Source: Candidatus Helarchaeota archaeon
GTDB lineage: Archaea > Asgardarchaeota > Lokiarchaeia > Helarchaeales > RDOG01
Assembly (NCBI GenBank): GCA_029838215.1
Contig: JALGVI010000026.1
Coordinates: 1 to 34,702, forward strand
Direction: 5' to 3'
Length of the DNA: 34,702 nucleotides
The translations under genes were made by a program, and so were the position numbers. The notes below the pieces were generated by a model. The model was not told where the DNA came from. It made no database searches and saw only the letters and a program-made list of their open reading frames with translations. Positions 27,016-34,702 of this stretch are shown here, piece after piece; within the stretch, counting starts at the first letter, position 1; each line of letters opens with the position of its first letter.

Positions 27016-27551
27016 TGTCCTTTACGAATGTACCAACCTCGATCCAAAATAACTTCTATCATTATTTCTTTTGGAAGAGCAGCCATAAATGATTTAGGAT
27101 CTTTTAACATCTTTCCTAACCCCAGAACATCGCCCTGTTCGTTTTCGAGTAAGACAAAAGCGTTCTTATTCAATTCAGGCAAGGGTGTCTTTATCCCTGA
27201 TTTAGGGATGTTTCTCCCGTATAATGCAGTTTGTTCTCCTTTTTCTAATAACACCACGCGTGGCATTGATAATCTTGCAATGACATCTAATGATTCCACG
27301 TCAAACCGAAATGAATCACGTCTAAACCGACCGATTCGGATTCCAACGTGTCGTGGCACGTTATCGTTTCTAATATTTTCAAGAAATTCGAGCAAACATC
27401 TTGAAGTCAAATAAACTTCTTTCCATTTACCTTCCCGAACGAGCAAGACATCATCTTGTTCGAGTAGATTCGTAAGATCCTTCTTGAATTGTTTTTTCAC
27501 GATTTCCTGCATTCGAAGACGTTCTGCGTCATGAATTTCTCGGATTATCAT
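27012..27551 (-). CDS. nip7: NIP7-like PUA-domain ribosome biogenesis protein
   Basis: KEVYL, HVGIRIG, EQTALYGRNI, GDVLGLG, DRGWYIRKG; overlaps the stop of the NOP2 gene. Confidence 0.85.
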   Translation of the reverse strand: MIIREIHDAERLRMQEIVKKQFKKDLTNLLEQDDVLLVREGKWKEVYLTSRCLLEFLENIRNDNVPRHVGIRIGRFRRDSFRFDVESLDVIARLSMPRVVLLEKGEQTALYGRNIPKSGIKTPLPELNKNAFVLLENEQGDVLGLGKMLKDPKSFMAALPKEIMIEVILDRGWYIRKGH

Positions 27552-28519
27552 TAAACTTCCTCAATTTTTCTCAATTTACAGATGAAGAAACCTTCAGTAT
27601 TATCCTTGAATGGATAAAATCGGCGTGTTTTCACCAGAGAGGGAGACAATGAGCGGTTGAAAATGTCAGTAAAACCGGGACTTCCACCATTCAAATCCAA
27701 GTTCGTGATTTCCACGTTTCCTTTTTCTAAGGCCTCTTGAATTACAAATTCATTCTCTTCAGGGGCGATAGAACAAGTCGAATATAGAATTTCTCCACCC
27801 TTCTTGACTGTTTGAATGGTTGCAATTAAAATATCTTTTTGGATTTGCGACATTTTCTCAATGTCCTCGAGTTCTCGGCTACGTTTCCGGGAAGCTTGAA
27901 TGCAAATCAATCCTTCCCCCGTGCAAGGAACATCGAGCAAGATCTTATCAGGAGTTATGCCTAATTCATGCAACGATCTTGCATCTTGTAAGAAACACAG
28001 GCAATTTTTCACGCCGCATCGAGACAGATTTGACCGCAGGGTAATGAGCCGATTCTTACGAAGCTCACACGCAATGAGAATTCCTTCATTGCTCATTATT
28101 TGGGCAAGATGAGATGTTTTCCCTCCTGGAGCCGCACAAGCATCAATGACAACATCAGTCGAAGATGGATTCAGGAGCAATCCTGCAAGCATTGAAGCCC
28201 TACTTTGAATGTAATAATAACCCATTAAATATTCTGTTGTCGCACCGAGAGAAAAGGGACTTTTTTCAATAAAGAACCCTTCAGGAATATCGGGAATGGA
28301 CATTAAAATAAATCCTTTTTTCTGAAGACGTTCTTGAAGGTCACGTGGTGAGATTTTTAACGTGTTCGCTCTGATCGTAGGTAACGGTGGAATTTCATTT
28401 CCTTGCAGAAAGGGAATGAGGTCATCTTCTCCAAACATTTCTAGATAACGAATCAACATGTAATCTAGATATCCGTGTTTTTCTGCAAGCTTTTTTAATT
28501 TATCAGGAGAAATTGACAC
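27551..28519 (-). CDS. NOL1/NOP2/Sun family RNA m5C methyltransferase
   Basis: YYIQSRASM, DACAAPGGKT, LLDVPCTGEG, YSTCS with both catalytic Cys. Confidence 0.96.
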   Translation of the reverse strand: MSISPDKLKKLAEKHGYLDYMLIRYLEMFGEDDLIPFLQGNEIPPLPTIRANTLKISPRDLQERLQKKGFILMSIPDIPEGFFIEKSPFSLGATTEYLMGYYYIQSRASMLAGLLLNPSSTDVVIDACAAPGGKTSHLAQIMSNEGILIACELRKNRLITLRSNLSRCGVKNCLCFLQDARSLHELGITPDKILLDVPCTGEGLICIQASRKRSRELEDIEKMSQIQKDILIATIQTVKKGGEILYSTCSIAPEENEFVIQEALEKGNVEITNLDLNGGSPGFTDIFNRSLSPSLVKTRRFYPFKDNTEGFFICKLRKIEEV

Positions 28520-28571
28520 TTTCGTTACCTAAAACATCAAGATTAAGGCGTTAAAAAAAATATCACAGTAA

Positions 28572-28675
28572 TGGTGCAGGAGAGGAGATTTGAACTCCCG
28601 ACATCCAGCATTTTGAAGGCTTCCTTTACGGAAGTTTCGTCAAGCTGGCGTCATAACCAACTAGACCACTCCTGC
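28572..28675 (-). tRNA. tRNA-Val(GAC) with a 27-nt intron at canonical 37/38 (intron 28611-28637); CCA encoded
   Basis: Acceptor GCAGGAG/CTCCTGC; Val-type D arm GTGGTCTAG..GGTTATGAC; stem CCAGC/GCTGG; BHB central helix TTGA/TCAA; intron hairpin CTTCC/GGAAG; TTCAAAT T-loop. Confidence 0.9.
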
Positions 28676-28727
28676 ATCTTTTTAATAACTTTCAAGCGAT
28701 GTCGCGGATTAAAAAAAAGATATTAAC

Positions 28728-28741
28728 TTAATAAATTTTAC
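28728..28741 (-). promoter_or_regulatory. BRE-TATA promoter GTAAAATTTATTAA upstream of tRNA-Val
   Basis: Identical 14-mer occurs upstream of tRNA-Phe (33992-34005). Confidence 0.6.
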
Positions 28742-28947
28742 TAAAACTACTTATAAAAAGAGGTTTCGATAAAATCAAAGCATGTTCAAACACGGAATTT
28801 TAACAGGTAACAAAAAAAACGGCAGTTCTTGGATGATGTAAAGGAAAAACACGTCAGTTTCCATTCTGTTCTTCATGACACGGACGTTTAGAAATAAATA
28901 AAATTCTTTATAAAGAAACGATCGATAATTATCAAGTTGAATCAACG

Positions 28948-30303
28948 ATGAAGTCCTTAAAAGATCTCCTCGAACCTCATTCCTACAAGCGAATATTCTT
29001 TGTAGGCGTGATCATTTACGTGGTTATTTACATTATAATTTTCATTATCACCAACGTATTTTTCATGATTGATGCGACCATCCGTCCGGGTTTCATGCGT
29101 AACATGTTTTTTGATTTTTATTATTTTTATCAACAGCAAGGATGGGCAATTACCCACGGACTTATCCCAAACTTGCATTACATTCCTCTTTACCCAATCG
29201 TTGCTGAATATTATATGGCTCTTTTTACGCTCTTTGGACAGAATCCTCACATGGCTCGAATCTTTCAGCTTCTTCTAGTCCTTTCGACGTTATGGGTGGG
29301 GCTTGATATCATTAAATTAATCAAGTTAGAAAATCCAAAAGTTCATTTTTTTCTATTGATAATATCGCTTCCTTTCGTCGTATTTGCCATTTATGAAATA
29401 AATTATGATATTTTAGTCGTATTTTTCATGATCTTGGCGATTGATTTTTTTCTTCGAAAGAACTTCGTTGTCACGGGAATTTTTCTTGGGTTGGGTTTCG
29501 GAACAAAGCTATTTCCCATCATTTTGGCAATCCCCATCATGATTCATCTCATTAAAAACAAGAAATTAAAAGAATTAATCCTGTTTTTATTATCATGTAT
29601 TGGAACCATAGCAGCCTTATACATGCCTTTTGCCATACTTGCTACTATCCAGCAAGGAACAGGAATTTTTGGAGTTATTTCCAATTTCATTGACTTTATT
29701 TTAGCTCCCATGTCATATTTTGATGATAAACCGTTAAATCTTCCATTTTATTTCTTTCAAATCTTTGGTGTTGATAAATTTTTCTTGAAAGTGGTACAAG
29801 CGTTACTTGCTTTTGGTCTAGTGTTGGTTTTTTCGGTTTATCACGTCTGGAAGCATCAAGAGGCAGACGTCCCGTTTCTTTTTAGTGCACTCATCATTTT
29901 CTTTTTCTTTCAACCTTACATAATGCCTTGGTATTTCATTTGGATAACGGTCATTTATCACCTGATTTACAAGGAAAAGCCAGAAGTAGAATATGCCATC
30001 CATCAACCTCTTCTCATAGGGAATTGTTTGGTGTATGCCGTTGAGGGTTTTTTCCTCAAGTATTTTCTTCTTTATCAAATAATGTCGAATGATGATTGGA
30101 ATTATGCCTACATGCTTCCTAACGGATTCATTTTGCCGGCAATAGTAATAGGTTTCATCACGGCATACATGCAAGTGCTTGTTCTCATTTTTCTGACAAC
30201 TAATAAGTGGAAATACCAAAAAATCTTAATTGGTATCAACATTGCACTCATCATAGTAACGGTTATCTTGTTACCAATTGCCATTTTCATTCACAATATC
30301 TAA
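28948..30303 (+). CDS. GT-C membrane glycosyltransferase (GT87/DUF2029-like), paralog 1
   Basis: FDFYYF, YIPLYP, INYDILVVFF, GLGFGTKLFPI, QPYIMPWYFIW; polytopic. Confidence 0.8.
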   Translation: MKSLKDLLEPHSYKRIFFVGVIIYVVIYIIIFIITNVFFMIDATIRPGFMRNMFFDFYYFYQQQGWAITHGLIPNLHYIPLYPIVAEYYMALFTLFGQNPHMARIFQLLLVLSTLWVGLDIIKLIKLENPKVHFFLLIISLPFVVFAIYEINYDILVVFFMILAIDFFLRKNFVVTGIFLGLGFGTKLFPIILAIPIMIHLIKNKKLKELILFLLSCIGTIAALYMPFAILATIQQGTGIFGVISNFIDFILAPMSYFDDKPLNLPFYFFQIFGVDKFFLKVVQALLAFGLVLVFSVYHVWKHQEADVPFLFSALIIFFFFQPYIMPWYFIWITVIYHLIYKEKPEVEYAIHQPLLIGNCLVYAVEGFFLKYFLLYQIMSNDDWNYAYMLPNGFILPAIVIGFITAYMQVLVLIFLTTNKWKYQKILIGINIALIIVTVILLPIAIFIHNI

Positions 30304-30308
30304 TTTAG

Positions 30309-31751
30309 GTGTTGCAAATCGCTCGAGTTACAGAAACGCCATCAGAGGACGAAGTAAAGGATGAAGAATCAGAAGATGATCAAGGCGGATCTAAATTCAA
30401 GCTAAAATCTTTAGGCGATTTGCTTGAACCTTACTCCATGAAGCAAATTTTTCTCATGGGAATTGCAATTTACGTGGTGGCATATTTTGTCATTCTTATT
30501 GCCACCAATGTCATGATTTTTATGACGAATCTTTACAATGTTGAAGAAATGTGGTTCCTATTTTACGATTTTCGCCGTTGGTATTTATGGGAAGGAAGAC
30601 ACATTATTAGTGGTCAAATTCCCTTCTTGCATTATGTCCCTGTTTATCCGATCATCGCAGAATATTATCTCGCATTATTCACGTTATTCGGACAAAATCC
30701 GCACGTGGCGCGAATCTTTCAACTCATCTTGATCTTGGGGACTCTTTGGGTTGGATTAGACATCATTAAAATAATCAAGCTAGAAAATCCCAAAGCGCAT
30801 TTTTTCTTGTTAATTATCACGACTCCTTTCTTTATTTTCACGCTTTATCAAATAAATTTTGATATTCTTGTTGTTTTTTTCATGTTCATTGCAATTGATT
30901 TCTGTCTGCGCCACAAATATTTGATCACCGGTGTCGCTCTGGGTCTCGGATTTTTGACAAAACTATTCCCGATAATTCTAACAATTCCAATAATCATAAT
31001 GGTGACAAAAAACAAAGAATTGAAGAATCTCCTGTTTTTTCTCGTTGGTTGCATTGGCTCAATCGTTGCAGTTGCTCTACCTTTTGTCATTATTGTAACT
31101 ATTTCTCAGGGATCGGGGGTAATCGGTGTTATCATGAATTTTGTGACGGTGCTCATAGCCCCACTTTCATTTTTAGATGATAAGCCACTTACGATTCCTT
31201 TTCTTTTCTTTCAGCTGATAGGTATAAACAAAACATTCTTGAAGCTCTTCCAAGCATTCGTAGCTTTCGGGTTGGTTGCTGTTTTTGTAATAAACCAGGC
31301 TAGAAAAGGACGAAATTTGGATCTTCCGTTAATTTTCAGCGCGATGGTGATTTTCTTTCTATTCCAACCTTACATCATGCCGTGGTATCTTATTTGGATC
31401 ATTCCGGTGTATCAACTCATTTACAAGAAAAGACCCGAAATAGAATATGGAATTCATCAATCGCTCGTTGTATTAAATTATTACGTTTACGGATTAACGG
31501 GATATATGATGATGAAGGAGGTATGGATGGATATAATGCCGGGGTCATTTTTGGATTATGCACTACTCTTACCTGCAGGTGCAATCATCCCCATTTTCAT
31601 TGCAATCTTTATGGTTGCGTACATTCAAGTTTTGGTTCTCATATTTTTTGCAACGAATCGTTGGAAATATCAGAAGATCTTAATTCCCTTGAATTTGGGT
31701 CTCATGATCGCTAGCATTTCATTAGTTCCTCTTGCAATAATGATTTATTGA
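30309..31751 (+). CDS. GT-C membrane glycosyltransferase (GT87/DUF2029-like), paralog 2
   Basis: FYDF, YVPVYP, INFDILVVFF, GLGFLTKLFPI, QPYIMPWYLIW; acidic N-terminal extension. Confidence 0.8.
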   Translation: MLQIARVTETPSEDEVKDEESEDDQGGSKFKLKSLGDLLEPYSMKQIFLMGIAIYVVAYFVILIATNVMIFMTNLYNVEEMWFLFYDFRRWYLWEGRHIISGQIPFLHYVPVYPIIAEYYLALFTLFGQNPHVARIFQLILILGTLWVGLDIIKIIKLENPKAHFFLLIITTPFFIFTLYQINFDILVVFFMFIAIDFCLRHKYLITGVALGLGFLTKLFPIILTIPIIIMVTKNKELKNLLFFLVGCIGSIVAVALPFVIIVTISQGSGVIGVIMNFVTVLIAPLSFLDDKPLTIPFLFFQLIGINKTFLKLFQAFVAFGLVAVFVINQARKGRNLDLPLIFSAMVIFFLFQPYIMPWYLIWIIPVYQLIYKKRPEIEYGIHQSLVVLNYYVYGLTGYMMMKEVWMDIMPGSFLDYALLLPAGAIIPIFIAIFMVAYIQVLVLIFFATNRWKYQKILIPLNLGLMIASISLVPLAIMIY

Positions 31752-31800
31752 AAAGAATGAAAATAGATTGCAGTTAGTTCATTAATCAATCTATTAACTA

Positions 31801-33171
31801 ATGGTAAAAATCATGGAAAAAAGCCTGAAAGATATCATTGAAGGGTTTTCATTATCGAAACTCCTGATCATCACGGGTGTGATGCTAGGAGTCCTCAATT
31901 TAATCTTATTCATATTTCAGGTTCCTGCCTTCTATGATTTCTACACGTTTTATAGTCGAGATGCTACAAAAATTTTGGCGGGATTAATTCCATACGTGAA
32001 TTTCAACCCTTATTATCCAATTCTCGCAGATTATTACTTCGTTTCGTTTGAATGGGTAAGTATTAGTCTTTTTGAAGTAATAGGTCTTGAATTAGCGGTA
32101 GTTATCAAGTTAATTGTTGCTAGAATTTTTCAATCGTTGATTTACCTCGGTTGCTTGATTTTGGTCAGAGACATAATGAATCACTTGGAAGTAGAAAGCA
32201 TTAACTGGCAATTAATCTGGTTCATTGCAAGTCCGGTACTTCTCTTCTTTGCGATCATTCAGGTAAATTTTGACATTTTAATGGTTTTTTTTCTATTCTT
32301 AGCTTTGGCCGGTTTTTTACGGGAGTCTCCATTTGTCATGGGACTTGCTATTGGATTAGGAGTCATGGTAAAGGTCTTCCCAATCGTATTGCTAGTTCCC
32401 ATCGTACTTTTTTATTTAAAGCGAAAACAGGTTAAAAATTTAGCAATTACATTGATTTCGGTCATTGGGATTTATTTTGTGTTCTATCTTCCATTCTCAG
32501 TTGCTCGATTATTCCTGACAGGGCAATCTTTGTTCAATTTTGTCACTAATTATGTTGATTTTTTTCTCATACCGCTTCAAGGGTTTGAAAATCATCCATT
32601 AAACGTGCCTTATTTCTTTTTGCTTCCATTAATAGCGGTTACATTTTTAACGAAGAATCTATTGAAATTAATGGCAAACGTCATTGCAATTTTAATTGTA
32701 TTGGTGTATTGTAGTTGGAGCATCTTCAAGGATTCCGAAGAAGAGTCCAAGACGTTCAAAATCTTGATTTTTTCTCTTTTTCTATTTTTCCTGTTTCAAC
32801 CGTACATAACGCCTTGGTATATTCCGTGGGTGCTTGCACCATATTATCTCTTGGAGAAAAAGCACCCGGGACGGGAAAGTGCAATATACCAACCAATTAT
32901 TTTCCTTGCTTGTACCATCGCAGGCTGGATTCAATATTATTTTAATAATTTCATATTGTCAGGATACCAATCCGTTGATTATAACTTTCTGATCACGCCT
33001 AATTTGATTTTTCCCATGTTTGTTAATATGTTAAGAGTTATACTGTTACAATTCTTGGTGATTCTTTTCTTTGTCACGAATTCTTCAAAATGGAAACGTG
33101 TCTTGATCCCAGGCATGCTCACCTTGCTGATCATCTCCGGCATTGGATCTATTTTGTTATTTTTCTTCTAG
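31801..33171 (+). CDS. GT-C membrane glycosyltransferase (GT87/DUF2029-like), paralog 3
   Basis: FYDFYTF, NPYYP, VNFDILMVFF, GLGVMVKVFPI, QPYITPWYIPW. Confidence 0.8.
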   Translation: MVKIMEKSLKDIIEGFSLSKLLIITGVMLGVLNLILFIFQVPAFYDFYTFYSRDATKILAGLIPYVNFNPYYPILADYYFVSFEWVSISLFEVIGLELAVVIKLIVARIFQSLIYLGCLILVRDIMNHLEVESINWQLIWFIASPVLLFFAIIQVNFDILMVFFLFLALAGFLRESPFVMGLAIGLGVMVKVFPIVLLVPIVLFYLKRKQVKNLAITLISVIGIYFVFYLPFSVARLFLTGQSLFNFVTNYVDFFLIPLQGFENHPLNVPYFFLLPLIAVTFLTKNLLKLMANVIAILIVLVYCSWSIFKDSEEESKTFKILIFSLFLFFLFQPYITPWYIPWVLAPYYLLEKKHPGRESAIYQPIIFLACTIAGWIQYYFNNFILSGYQSVDYNFLITPNLIFPMFVNMLRVILLQFLVILFFVTNSSKWKRVLIPGMLTLLIISGIGSILLFFF

Positions 33172-33262
33172 AATCCTTAGAGAGGCATGAGAAATCCTAA
33201 CGGAAAATTTTAAATTCAAGCCATTTCATTTAAAATTAAACATATTCAGAGTTCGGTCAAGC

Positions 33263-33733
33263 ATGGTAACGAATGTGAATTGGAAAGATAGTCGATATCT
33301 GGGTTTTCTATTCATTCTATTTAGTGTATGCCTATTCATTCAATTCTTTCAGGGAGTAAATGTCGAATTATTTTTTCCAATATTCGTATATCAAATTGTT
33401 CTCATTCCTTTCGGGACGAGCCTTGTCATATGCTGTTCAGTCGTTCTCCTAACAGAAATCCTTTTAAATATAAATAAAAAAATCATTCGTAGTAAGAAAT
33501 TTAAGCGAGAATTTCGATCTTGGTCTCCGTTTTGGTGCTTTGTTATAGCAATAATAATTAATTTGATGTTATATTTAGCCATTTATATGATAAGCTTTAT
33601 TATTTTTTGGGATCCTTTAATTCTACCCATATGGCCTTTCTATTTCAAATACATTCTCGCTCAGGTTCTCGGATGCTTGCCAACGCTTCTCATTCTATTT
33701 GCCGTTGAAGAATATGTTTTTCCACCTTCTTGA
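33263..33733 (+). CDS. Small membrane protein of unknown function
   Basis: About 4 hydrophobic segments around a basic loop (KKIIRSKKFKREFR). Confidence 0.6.
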   Translation: MVTNVNWKDSRYLGFLFILFSVCLFIQFFQGVNVELFFPIFVYQIVLIPFGTSLVICCSVVLLTEILLNINKKIIRSKKFKREFRSWSPFWCFVIAIIINLMLYLAIYMISFIIFWDPLILPIWPFYFKYILAQVLGCLPTLLILFAVEEYVFPPS

Positions 33734-33809
33734 GCCACGTGATTTTCTGCACGGCTACAAGACAAATATCCATTATTTTTCACGAAAAACATTGAATTAA
33801 AAGAAGGAA

Positions 33810-33924
33810 TGGTGCCGAGAGCGAGATTTGAACTCGCGACAACTGGATCTTCAGTCCAGCGCTTTCGAGACCTACTTGGCTTGTCGGTCAGCCACGCACT
33901 TCTCCCGACCTAAGCTACCTCGGC
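33810..33924 (-). tRNA. tRNA-Phe(GAA) with a 38-nt D-arm intron, best fit 22/23 (intron 33864-33901); CCA encoded
   Basis: Acceptor GCCGAGG/TCTCGGC; intact anticodon arm CTGGA-CTGAAGA-TCCAG; T arm GCGAG-TTCAAAT-CTCGC; BHB central helix CGGG/CTCG with bulges AGA and AAA; intron hairpin TGGCT/AGCCA. Confidence 0.92.
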
Positions 33925-33991
33925 GTAAATAGGGAGCTCGTGAACCGTTAAGTCCACGATGCGAAACGATAATATCTAGAAAGTTGCGAGA

Positions 33992-34005
33992 TTAATAAAT
34001 TTTAC
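33992..34005 (-). promoter_or_regulatory. BRE-TATA promoter GTAAAATTTATTAA upstream of tRNA-Phe
   Basis: Identical 14-mer occurs upstream of tRNA-Val (28728-28741). Confidence 0.6.
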
Positions 34006-34034
34006 CATTTCAAACGTCGATTTTTCAAATGAAA

Positions 34035-34445
34035 TTACAAATCTTTTAATCGGAGTTTCTTTGCCAAGTCCACGGCTTCTTCATCATCAGATCGCTTGAC
34101 GCGAATGTGAGGACCTTCTCCAGTTATGCGCCGAACCACGCGTAGCAAAGTGATTCTATCAATTTTTTGTTGAATCTGTCCATTGGAAGCCAACATGATG
34201 AGGGCACGTTCGATGATATTTAGAATGCGTGGATCTTTAATCTCATTTTTTAAATAATGATATGCTTCAGAATCCATGACGGATTGAAAGAATGCATCTT
34301 TTTGACGATTGAGTTGCTCCATTTTTTGCTTCTCTTGTTCTTCCATCCGTTTTTTTTCTTCTTCTTCTTTTTGCGCCTGAATGATTCGATTCTTAAATTT
34401 TTCCATTCGCTTTTTCCGGATTCGTTCTAGCTCATCATCGTTCAT
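34035..34445 (-). CDS. PDCD5-like (DUF122) DNA-binding protein, divergent
   Basis: DDELERIRKKRM N-terminus, Q/E-rich helix, LIMLASNGQIQQKID, and IRVKR near the C-terminus. Confidence 0.7.
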   Translation of the reverse strand: MNDDELERIRKKRMEKFKNRIIQAQKEEEEKKRMEEQEKQKMEQLNRQKDAFFQSVMDSEAYHYLKNEIKDPRILNIIERALIMLASNGQIQQKIDRITLLRVVRRITGEGPHIRVKRSDDEEAVDLAKKLRLKDL

Positions 34446-34702
34446 GATAGTTTCACCGGTAATTTAACCAGAAAAGAATCATAAAAAGATTCCGCATTCA
34501 CGGCTTTCGAATGGAAGAATTTTAACTATAAAAGCAAAAATAGTTTTAGGAATCTTCGTGAAAATACAACAATGGTGAGTTTTCAGGACTTGATGTTTGA
34601 TGCCATTTGATTTCTTGAAAATGATGATTATTTTTTATCAAAAACGATTTCAGGTCAGCATTAAAAGCGGATTTATCACGTTTTAAATTGATTTTTTTTC
34701 AA

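Noticed and set aside
28605-28648. Reading this tRNA as Phe(GAA) via an intron at 34/35 or 35/36
   Set aside because: Those registers give no BHB helix; the D arm is Val-type and a separate tRNA-Phe exists.
28675-33810. Integrated element between tRNA-Val and tRNA-Phe
   Set aside because: No integrase and no duplicated tRNA 3' end; the shared AATGGTGC is just the two CCA ends.
33864-33912. Two nested introns in tRNA-Phe, suggested by GTCGG/CCGAC complementarity
   Set aside because: Removing an inner intron leaves no proper second BHB; a single 22/23 intron explains the sequence. The alternative pairing remains possible in the precursor.
1-34702. CRISPR arrays, IS elements, and the many short antisense/overlapping ORFs in the track
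   Set aside because: No regularly spaced repeats or transposase motifs seen; the short ORFs are shadows of well-supported genes on other frames.

Overview
AT-rich archaeal window, most consistent with an Asgard (Lokiarchaeia-like) genome; the taxonomy is inferred from gene content and order, an IPGF-type C-terminal sorting signal and intron-containing tRNAs, not from a search. Most of it is core genome: the proteasome/exosome superoperon (psmA-SBDS-rrp4-rrp41-rrp42-rpl37ae-pcc1-pfdB-DUF3194), a JAMM protease, an F420 cluster (nitroreductase-cofD-cofC), pyrH, PUA-Lsm-rpl37e-tRNA-Ala-cyaB, sepF, psmB-aCPSF1, UPF0179, an FKBP PPIase, NOP2-NIP7 and a PDCD5-like gene, plus several GT-C-type membrane glycosyltransferases. 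The most interesting signals are not in the ORF track: (1) an unannotated ~87-nt RNA at 17239-17325 with two fully formed box C/D K-turns, a terminal stem and self-paired guide regions; (2) three tRNAs with BHB introns at three different positions (59/60, 37/38, 22/23), where spliced tRNA-Ala has the plant/animal-type T-loop AUCGAUG; (3) a stand-alone FbiB-C-terminal-like nitroreductase overlapping cofD, suggesting the PEP/dehydro-F420 route in an archaeon; (4) several genes that appear to need non-ATG/GTG/TTG starts. No CRISPR array, transposase or integrase was seen. All family assignments are by-eye motif recognition.
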